A stretch of 64,000 nt of DNA from the NCBI GenBank assembly GCA_015231885.1, contig JADGAT010000014.1, forward strand, positions 1,349 through 65,348, given 5' to 3'. The notes under the pieces are model-generated. The model searched no databases. It was not told where the DNA came from and saw only the letters and a list, made by a program, of their open reading frames with translations. Of this stretch, positions 1-8,572 are shown piece after piece. Both the position numbers and the translations under genes were made by a program. Each line of letters opens with the position of its first letter. Within the stretch, counting starts at the first letter, position 1. This DNA comes from SAR324 cluster bacterium. Its GTDB lineage: Bacteria > SAR324 > NAC60-12.

Positions 1-1283
1 GCCCCTCCCTTGATTTCATGGAGAAGCGCAAATTCATCATCCAGCATCACTTTTTTCAATTCAATGGTCAGAGTCCCTCCTTTCTCTGCCATAGCCTGGC
101 TAGCATTGGTACACAGATTCATAATCATTTGGTGGATTTGTGTGGGATCTGCCAGAATCCGATCTTCCTGAACTTCGATATTTTGGGAAATTTCAATGGT
201 TGTGGGTAAGGTTGCTCGCATCAATTTGAGTGCTTCTTTGACGAGGGGATGAATCTGTACGGGTTTGCGTTCACTTTCACTGCGACGACTGAAGGTTAGA
301 ATTTGCTGTACCAGATCTTTGGCTCTTCCGCCCGCCTTAAAAATTTGATCGACACTGTCGTGCATTAATTCATCAGCCACCAGATCTTCCCTCAGCATTT
401 CTGCATATCCCAGGATTGCAAAAAGGAGGTTGTTGAATTCATGCGCAATACCTCCCGCTAATATACCAATGGCTTCCATTTTTTGAGACTGATGCAATTG
501 TTTCTCCAATCGTTCCCGTTCTTTTTCCGCATGCTTTCGGCCGGTAACATCACGCAGAGTTCCAGTAAATAAATGCTGCTCATTTTTAATTATTTCTCCA
601 AAAGACGATTCTAGAAAAATTTCGGTACCGTTTTTATGCAAACCAATGAGTTCAATTCTCTTCCATGAATGTATTTGTTTGTTGGTCTTGAGATACTGTT
701 TCAAGGCTTCTGAATGCTTCAGTCTCGTGCTTTTTGGCATCAGCATCGTTATATTTTTCCCTATCAACTGTTTCAAAGAATGACCAAAGATTTGTTCTGT
801 AGCAGGGTTTGCAAACAAAATATTGTTTTTCTCGTCAATAGTGACAATCGCATCCGATACCGTTTCTGCAACCAAACGGTAATTTTCTTCACTTTCTTTT
901 AGCTTTTGTATGTACTCCTGAATGGCCAATGCCGAACTAATTCTGGCACGAAGCACCACTTCATCGAAAGGTTTGTTGATAAAATCAACAGCTCCGTTTT
1001 CAAAACATTTTTTCAACAACATGTTATTGGTGTCACCTGTTAGCATAATCACGGGAATCTTGCGGAAGACCGGATGTTCTTTTAGTTGTCTCAGAAGCAT
1101 GATCCCATCGATCTCGGGCATGTTAATATCCAATAAAATCAGATCAACCGATTCGCTTTTCAAAAATTGAAAAGTATAGGTAGCATACAATGTGGTTAAT
1201 GGAACATGTCCAAATGATTTAATGAGTACTTCCAATTGCTTGAGTACCTGCCCATCATCATCAATTACAAAAATATTTGCCAT
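1..1283 (-). CDS. Hybrid sensor histidine kinase, REC-PAS-HisKA-HATPase (partial, runs off window start)
   Basis: Not in the ORF track. Manual translation from ATG at 1283 gives MANIFVIDDDGQVLKQ...DLILLDINMPEIDG...PVIMLTG...DFINKPF (REC), then DAIVTIDEKNNILFANPATEQIFG (PAS), SQKMEAIGILAGGIAHEFNNLL (H-box) and DPTQIHQMIMNLCTNASQAM (N-box). Confidence 0.9.
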   Translation of the reverse strand, partial: MANIFVIDDDGQVLKQLEVLIKSFGHVPLTTLYATYTFQFLKSESVDLILLDINMPEIDGIMLLRQLKEHPVFRKIPVIMLTGDTNNMLLKKCFENGAVDFINKPFDEVVLRARISSALAIQEYIQKLKESEENYRLVAETVSDAIVTIDEKNNILFANPATEQIFGHSLKQLIGKNITMLMPKSTRLKHSEALKQYLKTNKQIHSWKRIELIGLHKNGTEIFLESSFGEIIKNEQHLFTGTLRDVTGRKHAEKERERLEKQLHQSQKMEAIGILAGGIAHEFNNLLFAILGYAEMLREDLVADELMHDSVDQIFKAGGRAKDLVQQILTFSRRSESERKPVQIHPLVKEALKLMRATLPTTIEISQNIEVQEDRILADPTQIHQMIMNLCTNASQAMAEKGGTLTIELKKVMLDDEFALLHEIKGG

Positions 1284-1321
1284 AACTGCCTTAGTTTCTG
1301 ATTGCTCTACTTCACTTTTAT

Positions 1322-2833
1322 TTAGTTTTTTTGTCTTAAATACTCATTCAACATGACCGTATGCGTGTTTTCCAGAGGAAGTAAACGACTAATAATCTCC
1401 GTTAAGAGTTTTGGATTGGCATATGCTTCCTGAATAGCCTGTACGCGCAATTGAAACTGCTGAACGGTCTCGATGAGTGTCGAATTTTCCAAATATTCTT
1501 GTTGCTGTATGGCATGCTGGCTCTCATCCAGTACGGCCATACTCATACGCAACAGATTTTCACTTTCAATTGTAAAAAACACTTTAGAAAAGGGCCGAAT
1601 GTATTCGATGGCTTTGTAAGGTTTTTGCGTAGGAAGGCTGTGATTCTTTCTGTAATAATCCTGAAATAATCTCGCAAAACCGTTTTGAAATTGCTGCAGT
1701 TTGGGAAGGTGCTTAGTGATGCCAAATAATTCACGGTGCTTGAATAACAAATCCAAAGCATTGATAAATTTTTCAAAACATTGCACCAGACGCCTGTTCG
1801 TAATCAATCCTTTACCAGATGCAGGGGTTTGCATGATACGAATGTACTCTCCCACGCTCTCTTCTATGTAATCACTAATATCATACAAACTCTGTTCCAC
1901 TCTCAATAGATTCTCAAAATGTTTTTCATCAAAAACCTCATACAGTCCTAATTCCATGTAGTGGATAGCCCTGTCTTTGCTGATATATTCACTAATTTTT
2001 TCTAAAAAAAGAAAAAATTCTTCCAACTCATCCAAGTCATGTATCAGCTGATAGTGAAACTTTTTAACCAATACTTTGCTCAGGTAGCCGCCATTGTACC
2101 ATTCAGCAAGCGCCTTGAATCTTTTAAGAATTGGCACTCCTTCATTCATTCCCCGTTCCAGTTCCATCTGAATGACATCATCCATATAATGCCCTCCCAG
2201 CAGTTGTATGATTTCTTGTGCCAAACGGTATTTTGGAACAACAATTTGAGTGATGATGTGGTTATTCTGTACTTGGTTATTTAAAATAAAATCCTGATCC
2301 TTTTTACAAAGCTCCAGATCATACTTGATTTGAATCTCAGCTTGTATTTGGTTTAAAACGGCCTGGAGTTCTTCTTCAGTGGCTCTTCGTTGCAATTTAT
2401 AAATTCCCTGATCAAACAGGCCGCTTTGTAAATATTTGCGGAAGTCTGCAGGCTCAAAAGATTGTTCCTTTGCCTGATTTACCAGTTCGATCAATTTTTG
2501 GTAAAGTTGAGTATGATTGAGGAGTTTGCGATGATACTTGTCAAATAAATCATCATCAAAATGACCTGATTGTTTCAGGTGAGTCAAGTCGCTCATACGT
2601 GTCAACCCCTTCATGCTGGATTGGAGGGATTGACGGAGTAACTGGGTGATTGTTCTTTTAGACAGAGGTGTGTTGATGATGCTCAAAATCTTTGCGCCAA
2701 TTTCATACTTGCGCTCTATTTTTTTTTGAAGGGCCTCTAATTCACTGGAGGGAGTGGTGTGCAGCGCTTCTTGATCAGGAATACTTAGTGGAAAATGATA
2801 TGTGTTTTCTATGTAATCTGTGAAATTTTTCAT
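1322..2833 (-). CDS. Hypothetical 503-aa soluble, probably all-alpha-helical protein
   Basis: Long ORF, co-oriented and closely spaced (58 and 38 nt gaps) with its neighbours; no motif recognised. Confidence 0.75.
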   Translation of the reverse strand: MKNFTDYIENTYHFPLSIPDQEALHTTPSSELEALQKKIERKYEIGAKILSIINTPLSKRTITQLLRQSLQSSMKGLTRMSDLTHLKQSGHFDDDLFDKYHRKLLNHTQLYQKLIELVNQAKEQSFEPADFRKYLQSGLFDQGIYKLQRRATEEELQAVLNQIQAEIQIKYDLELCKKDQDFILNNQVQNNHIITQIVVPKYRLAQEIIQLLGGHYMDDVIQMELERGMNEGVPILKRFKALAEWYNGGYLSKVLVKKFHYQLIHDLDELEEFFLFLEKISEYISKDRAIHYMELGLYEVFDEKHFENLLRVEQSLYDISDYIEESVGEYIRIMQTPASGKGLITNRRLVQCFEKFINALDLLFKHRELFGITKHLPKLQQFQNGFARLFQDYYRKNHSLPTQKPYKAIEYIRPFSKVFFTIESENLLRMSMAVLDESQHAIQQQEYLENSTLIETVQQFQLRVQAIQEAYANPKLLTEIISRLLPLENTHTVMLNEYLRQKN

Positions 2834-2891
2834 AATATTTCACATCAAAATTATAAAACATTCCAAGTAAGCATTCATCCTGGTCCGGCAT

Positions 2892-5651
2892 TTATGGATT
2901 TGCCATTTTTTCTTCATTTGCATAGTTTTTGTCTCCATGGGCACTAAAAACGGCATCCTTGAATTGCCAGGATAAGGTCTTTTCCCGGCTCTGTTCGTCC
3001 AAAGCCAGGGAATGCCCAGATGCCATGCTATTGTACCAAAAATCCGTTTTGAGCTGCTTATTGCCCATATTCACAGCATTGTTGCTTAAAAACCGGTCTA
3101 TGCTTTTATACAAGTGAGGGTGCTGCAATAAGGGGTGGTGGTGATCATAAAAATCCTGAGCATGTAACATCAACTCAGGATGATCAAACTCATCAACATA
3201 CCACCTTTGCAAATTATCACGATACAGAATGGACAGTCTGCCGAACTTAAATAAATGTAAAAAAAAATAAATTTCTGTCACTTCTCTTGTGAGTTTAACT
3301 CCATCCATGTAGTGAGAGTACCGATATGGAAAAAAACTAACAATGCGGTCAGCAAGGCGAACCAGTACCTCTGCATCAATAATACTCCAGATGTTATCTA
3401 CTATATTTCCCAGGTCACTGGCGCCCAAGTCGATTTGAAACTTTGTTTTGCTTTCTGACAAAGAACCAGTACGAACCAATCCATAGTAACCATTCAAAAT
3501 GCAATAAGCCAGCCCTTTTAAAAAGCTCATTTCATAAATCAAAACAGTATCTTGAGAAACTGAAGAGGTTGCTGTATCAGTGGGTATACCCACAGTTTTT
3601 TCCTCAGTCAAGCCGCTGAAAACCCAGTTTCCCCGCCGCCTACTTTTCTCATATCGTATCACAATACGAGCTCTGGGGACTTTCAAGTGAGATAAAAAAT
3701 TTCTTGGAATTTCATTGGGATCATAATCAAAATTTTGTTGGTAAAAATGATACCAGATTTCAAATTCAGACTGATTGCTAGTGTCAGGAATATTGCTCTG
3801 TGCCATAATGCGGTGAATGCGATCCAGACAATTAGAAAAGAGATTTTTTAAATCATGTTCAAAATGGTTGATTGCCTGGACTTCTCCTATGAAAATCTGC
3901 TTGACTGTCAAATACTGCGAACTATTGGGGGGAAACGCCATATCTAGAAAAGATTTCAAAAAGCGTTCACGGTAGCTGCGGCAGTTCACCAGAGCAAATC
4001 CATCAGCAAGATTCACGTGTAAAGCAAAGCATAAATCAATATTACGGGAAATGCTTCGACGTTCTGATGAATCCAGTTGGATGGAAGGATCACTGTAATA
4101 AATTTTTAGAACTTTATATTTCAACCACCAGGGATCCATCAATAACAAAGGAATTTTTTCCTCCAGGGTAAGTATTTGCTGGACAGAAAGTCCATATCGG
4201 TGCTTACTGTCATTTTCCTGTTCTTTTGCAATTTCTTTATAATTCTTAGGAATCAGATGGTGGAGGGCCTCTGGTGATTTGACAATTTCTATCAACGTCA
4301 GCAAGTACTTTGAATGATAGAGAACCTCTATGCGGAATAAGTTCAGTAAGGCTTTGGGCAGGTTACCAGAAGCGGCTTTAAATGATTCCCAATAGGCAGC
4401 ACCAATATGGCTCAGCATGTAGGACATTTTTAATGAAGGGGTGGGGCCCATGTCAACCAAATAGTCATCTATGCGAAAATACAAAGGCAAGCAGTGAAAC
4501 CTAAGAAAATTAACGGTTCTTTTATAGAAAGCGGTAGAATTATTGAATACACTGGAAAAAATAAAGTGGGTGGGAATTGTTGGAGCAAACTGAATCCCAG
4601 GCATTAAAACTTCATAATTTAAGATCAATTCATAGGCAGACCCCGACGCCTCTTTTGATTCCAGCGTCGTGCCATGCTGCCCATTTTGAAATGATTCACA
4701 ATCACATGAAAACAGATAGACTTCGGCATGAGGAAATTTAGTCTGTACATAGTCCTGAATTGCTAAAATGCGTTGTTTGAGTAAACTTTCTTTTCGCTCT
4801 ATTTCTTCTGCATGAGCCGTTTTATAGGATTTTGTGATCAACTCCATCATCTCTAAAATGACGCTCATTTTGAATTGCGCACCATGAGTAGAGGCCAAGG
4901 CTCCGGATATGTCTTTATGTTTGAACAGTATTTGATACAGGTAAGGATAGGCTTTGCCAATATGAAGGGTTGCTTGTTGACGCAATTCTTTATAAATCTC
5001 AGAAGTCTTAGAAATTTCGCCTGGATCTAGCTTTTTTCGAAGGCAGAGACGAAGAAACCATGAATGGATTTCCTCTGATAACGCATCTCTCAAATGATCA
5101 CTGTCCCATTCATCAAGATTGAACTTAAATGGCTGCAGTGTGTATAAAATCTGAAGATCTAGATCCGATTTACCGGGCTTATGGCCAATGGTGCCAATTG
5201 AGCCCAATGAAGAAATACTGACGATGGGGCAAAAGTCCGAGATCATTTCTTTGGTAGGTTTTAATCCAAACTCGGCTGTCACATATTGATAGAAATCTTG
5301 ACGAAAGGCTTGTGGCAACTTATCAATTCCGGCAACTCCATGCAGAGTATCAGGCGCATATAAATTTGCGGTTGCCCGGTATTCGGTTTCTCGAATGATC
5401 CCGCTGACTCGTTCTACTTTGGTTGCCCGGTATTCTAGCTTTTCAAACTGAGGATCGTTGACATGTAAAAAATAGATAACTTCATACAAAGCTTTTTTCA
5501 TGTCTTCAGTAAAGACAGAAAAAGCTATCTTCATACGGGATTCATTGAAATGATTGAAAAACTTTTTTCCCTCTGTTAAGGCGTTTTCCAACTCTTTTGC
5601 ATTTTTTTCAGGTAAAGCAATCCCTGATTTAAATAATTTATTCAACCCCAT
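2892..5651 (-). CDS. Class I adenylate cyclase-like nucleotidyltransferase (Pol-beta fold), divergent
   Basis: SSLGSIGTIGH..KSDLDLQ (GS...DxD motif), GSAYELILNYE, YWESFKAASGNLPKALL and DPWWLKY resemble CyaA class I blocks. ATG at 5651 is the likely start; the ORF is open to a TTG at 5726. Confidence 0.7.
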   Translation of the reverse strand: MGLNKLFKSGIALPEKNAKELENALTEGKKFFNHFNESRMKIAFSVFTEDMKKALYEVIYFLHVNDPQFEKLEYRATKVERVSGIIRETEYRATANLYAPDTLHGVAGIDKLPQAFRQDFYQYVTAEFGLKPTKEMISDFCPIVSISSLGSIGTIGHKPGKSDLDLQILYTLQPFKFNLDEWDSDHLRDALSEEIHSWFLRLCLRKKLDPGEISKTSEIYKELRQQATLHIGKAYPYLYQILFKHKDISGALASTHGAQFKMSVILEMMELITKSYKTAHAEEIERKESLLKQRILAIQDYVQTKFPHAEVYLFSCDCESFQNGQHGTTLESKEASGSAYELILNYEVLMPGIQFAPTIPTHFIFSSVFNNSTAFYKRTVNFLRFHCLPLYFRIDDYLVDMGPTPSLKMSYMLSHIGAAYWESFKAASGNLPKALLNLFRIEVLYHSKYLLTLIEIVKSPEALHHLIPKNYKEIAKEQENDSKHRYGLSVQQILTLEEKIPLLLMDPWWLKYKVLKIYYSDPSIQLDSSERRSISRNIDLCFALHVNLADGFALVNCRSYRERFLKSFLDMAFPPNSSQYLTVKQIFIGEVQAINHFEHDLKNLFSNCLDRIHRIMAQSNIPDTSNQSEFEIWYHFYQQNFDYDPNEIPRNFLSHLKVPRARIVIRYEKSRRRGNWVFSGLTEEKTVGIPTDTATSSVSQDTVLIYEMSFLKGLAYCILNGYYGLVRTGSLSESKTKFQIDLGASDLGNIVDNIWSIIDAEVLVRLADRIVSFFPYRYSHYMDGVKLTREVTEIYFFLHLFKFGRLSILYRDNLQRWYVDEFDHPELMLHAQDFYDHHHPLLQHPHLYKSIDRFLSNNAVNMGNKQLKTDFWYNSMASGHSLALDEQSREKTLSWQFKDAVFSAHGDKNYANEEKMANP

Positions 5652-5771
5652 ACGTGTAATGAGAAAAAGGAAGGAACATTTGCAGAGCGGGGAGTCTTCT
5701 CCTCCTTGGTCTGCCGAACGAAACAAACCAAGGAAAAGTTATGGCAATAATCCGACCGTTTGACAAGCTAT

Positions 5772-6515
5772 TTAAATGTCTTGATCGGCCTTACTGTCTC
5801 GTCTTTGATTCCATTGAATCCATTCATTTTGAACAGACTTTAGATGAAAAGGTTGTGGAGGGCCAGGCTTTTGGTCCTTTGATACAGAGATTGTGTAAAA
5901 AGCGGAAACAATCACTTGCCAATTTTCCCTGGAAACCTCATGAGGCGGAGCAATTTCTCTGGGGGCATAATTACTGGTTTGCGCTGCCTGATTATTGTCA
6001 CTAACGGCAACCTCTCCAGTAAAAACGCGAACCTGTGTATTGTCCTCAGAAACGGTTGCTTCATAAGAGGTCCCATGTATATTTATTTTTGCATGGGCTG
6101 TTCGTAAAATTAATTTTGCCTGACGGCTTAAATTTTTCCGAAACTTTGCCCAGGCTTTTCCTAAAATCAACTGTAAATCAATCTGTCCTGTCCCCATATT
6201 GGTCTGGCGATTGATTCTCATGTGAGTATTGGGAGCAACCCTCACTTCACTACCCTCGCCTAACTTCATGGTCATACGGGTGTGAGGAAATGTTTTGATT
6301 TCATACTCAGGCAAAAGCTCCTGCCCCACTTCTAATGATTCCCAATCCGCATAATTCGAGGTTCGGTATTGAGCTTGATTTTCCAAATGAGTGACTACGA
6401 TTACCTCTGACTGGCTGGCTGCATACAAAAGATTAGAACCCATCAGCACAAAAAGTATCAGCAGGAGTACTCGGAGTTGCGCTAATCTTTTCCAGTTCCA
6501 ACTAATTTTCCACAT
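5772..6515 (-). CDS. FecR-domain exported/periplasmic protein
   Basis: N-terminal hydrophobic signal; motifs GSEVRVAPNT, LILGKAWAK, LRTAHAKINIHGTSY, VRVFTGEVAV. ATG 6515 has an AAGGAAGG SD (track start 6554). Confidence 0.8.
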   Translation of the reverse strand: MWKISWNWKRLAQLRVLLLILFVLMGSNLLYAASQSEVIVVTHLENQAQYRTSNYADWESLEVGQELLPEYEIKTFPHTRMTMKLGEGSEVRVAPNTHMRINRQTNMGTGQIDLQLILGKAWAKFRKNLSRQAKLILRTAHAKINIHGTSYEATVSEDNTQVRVFTGEVAVSDNNQAAQTSNYAPREIAPPHEVSRENWQVIVSAFYTISVSKDQKPGPPQPFHLKSVQNEWIQWNQRRDSKADQDI

Positions 6516-6579
6516 AAAATCCTTCCTTTGAGGAGATGGTTCGATACCATTCAAATGAGCAGTGAATCTCTTGGTTCAT

Positions 6580-6595
6580 TGTCTGGTAACAGACA
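6580..6595. promoter_or_regulatory. Palindrome TGTCT-N6-AGACA (CRP/FNR-like geometry)
   Basis: TGTCTGGTAACAGACA, with 6-bp perfect arms, in the divergent fecR/argC intergenic region. Confidence 0.3.
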
Positions 6596-6691
6596 TCATA
6601 TATAGGATGCACTCTGTACACAGAATGTTCAATTATTGAGTAATTAAATTATGAGTCGAATCTATTATGGAATGAGAAACGGCTTGTACTT

Positions 6692-6700
6692 TTATCCACA
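6692..6700 (+). promoter_or_regulatory. Perfect DnaA box TTATCCACA
   Basis: Exact consensus 9-mer in an intergenic region; could be chance. Confidence 0.3.
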
Positions 6701-6762
6701 AACTATGATCATCTTGCAAGTATTTACTTTGAAAACACACTTCATTTTTAAGGACAGACAGC

Positions 6763-7791
6763 ATGATTCGTGTTGCAATTATAGGTGCCGCAGGCCTTTC
6801 TGGTTTGGAATTAATTCACTGGTTACGCTCTCACCCCCAGATTGAATTAAGCATACTGACCTCAAGCAAATATGCAGGTCAAACATTAGAAGAAGTTTTT
6901 CCCAAGTATACCGGGATGTCACAATCATTCGAAAAGCATGACGCCAATTTAGACCATTGTGATGCTGCATTTTTGGCAATCCCTAATAAAGCCAGCCTTG
7001 ATCTGGTTCCAGCACTTCTGGAAAAAAAAATTCGAGTGGTTGATTTATCAGGAGTGTACCGTCTGAACAATACCTCCATTTTTGAAAAGTATTACGGTTT
7101 GACACACACTTCTCCGAATTTATTAGAAACCGCTGTTTTTGGTTTGCCAGAATACTTCAAAGATCAAATTTGCGAAGCAAACTTGATTGCAAATCCTGGA
7201 TGCTATCCAACCGGGGCTTTACTGGGCATGCTTCCTTTTGGTAATTTACTGGAAAATTTGAGTACGGCCCCCATCCTTGATGCAAAATCTGGAGTCAGTG
7301 GCGCTGGAGGCAGAGTAGAAGATGATACTACCAATTATGTGACCGTAAACGAAAATTTTAAAGCATATAAGATATTCAATCATCAACATACTCCAGAAAT
7401 TGAACAATATCTCGCAGAATTGACAGGGTACAGTATGCCTCAGCATGGCAGCCTTACATTCACTCCGCATTTGCTTCCATTGAACCGGGGGATTTTGACG
7501 ACTATTTATCTCCGTTTCCATGACGCTCTCCCTGTAGAGCATGTGAGACAATCTTTTGAAGACACTGCACAGAGCAATCCCTTCATGCATGTATTGCCAC
7601 AAGGACACTTTCCGGATTTAGCCATGGTCCAGAATACCAACTATTGCCGTATTGGTATTGCCCACGATGATTCCAGAAAAAATTGGATTGTTGTGACGAC
7701 CATTGATAACTTAGTCAAAGGCGCAGCAGGGCAGGCAATTCAAAACATGAACCTGATGTTTGGTCTGGATGAGAGTACAGGATTGATTTAG
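6763..7791 (+). CDS. argC: N-acetyl-gamma-glutamyl-phosphate reductase
   Basis: IRVAIIGAAG Rossmann motif, IANPGCYPT catalytic Cys, DAKSGVSGAG, IDNLVKGAAGQAIQNMN. Confidence 0.96.
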   Translation: MIRVAIIGAAGLSGLELIHWLRSHPQIELSILTSSKYAGQTLEEVFPKYTGMSQSFEKHDANLDHCDAAFLAIPNKASLDLVPALLEKKIRVVDLSGVYRLNNTSIFEKYYGLTHTSPNLLETAVFGLPEYFKDQICEANLIANPGCYPTGALLGMLPFGNLLENLSTAPILDAKSGVSGAGGRVEDDTTNYVTVNENFKAYKIFNHQHTPEIEQYLAELTGYSMPQHGSLTFTPHLLPLNRGILTTIYLRFHDALPVEHVRQSFEDTAQSNPFMHVLPQGHFPDLAMVQNTNYCRIGIAHDDSRKNWIVVTTIDNLVKGAAGQAIQNMNLMFGLDESTGLI

Positions 7792-7813
7792 AGACAAAGG
7801 GAATTAGACCATT

Positions 7814-8551
7814 GTGCCTGGAAATTTACTGCCAATTTTAATGTACCATCACATTGCAGAACCCCCTCGGGCTGTGAAAGTACGTGGATTGTATGTCACT
7901 CCAAAACAATTTGAATGGCAGATTCAGTGCCTGAAAGAAGCGGGCTTTGAATTCACTAATTTTCGTAAATTGACAAATCAAAATGGTGAGCAGTTCTCAA
8001 CCTCTTCTTCAAAACGTCAAATTATTCTAACATTTGATGACGGTTACCTGGATAATTATGAAAATGCTTTTCCCATTTTACGGCATTATGGAATTACTGC
8101 GGTAATCTATCCAGTGGTTGGTGCAATAGGCAAAAAAAAAGTCATTTGGAAAGAAAATGATGAGCAATATCCTGTTGACTTAATGACAAAAAATGCTATC
8201 CAGGAAATGCATCAGGCTGGTGTTGAATTTGGATCTCATCTTTATGATCACATGCACCTGGAACAACAAACCCAGGCAAGTATTCAGAATCAATTGTGTC
8301 GTTCAAAAGAAATTCTAGAAAACATTTTAGGAGAAGATGTTCTTTCGGTTGCGTATCCTTTTGGATCATATAGCAGTACCGTATTACAAGCAACCGCAGA
8401 GGCTGGATATCAGTACGGCCTGACCACTGTGTCTGGAATCAATACAGCCCAGCAGCCGCATTTGGAATTGAAAAGAACAGCGATTAAGGGGAATCGTTTG
8501 CATCATCGTTGGACGTTCATGAAACAGCTTCAACATGAGCTGTTGGCATAG
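7814..8551 (+). CDS. Polysaccharide deacetylase (CE4/NodB family)
   Basis: PILMYHHI, ILTFDDGY, FGSHLYDH, AYPFG motifs. Confidence 0.9.
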   Translation: MPGNLLPILMYHHIAEPPRAVKVRGLYVTPKQFEWQIQCLKEAGFEFTNFRKLTNQNGEQFSTSSSKRQIILTFDDGYLDNYENAFPILRHYGITAVIYPVVGAIGKKKVIWKENDEQYPVDLMTKNAIQEMHQAGVEFGSHLYDHMHLEQQTQASIQNQLCRSKEILENILGEDVLSVAYPFGSYSSTVLQATAEAGYQYGLTTVSGINTAQQPHLELKRTAIKGNRLHHRWTFMKQLQHELLA

Positions 8552-8572
8552 TGTTTCAGATTTATTTTGGAA

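Noticed and set aside
1322-5651. Calling the NTase plus unknown ORF a CBASS system
   Set aside because: The motifs match class I adenylate cyclases better than CD-NTases, and the neighbour has no recognisable effector domain (TM, TIR, patatin, SAVED or nuclease). Kept only as an open hypothesis.
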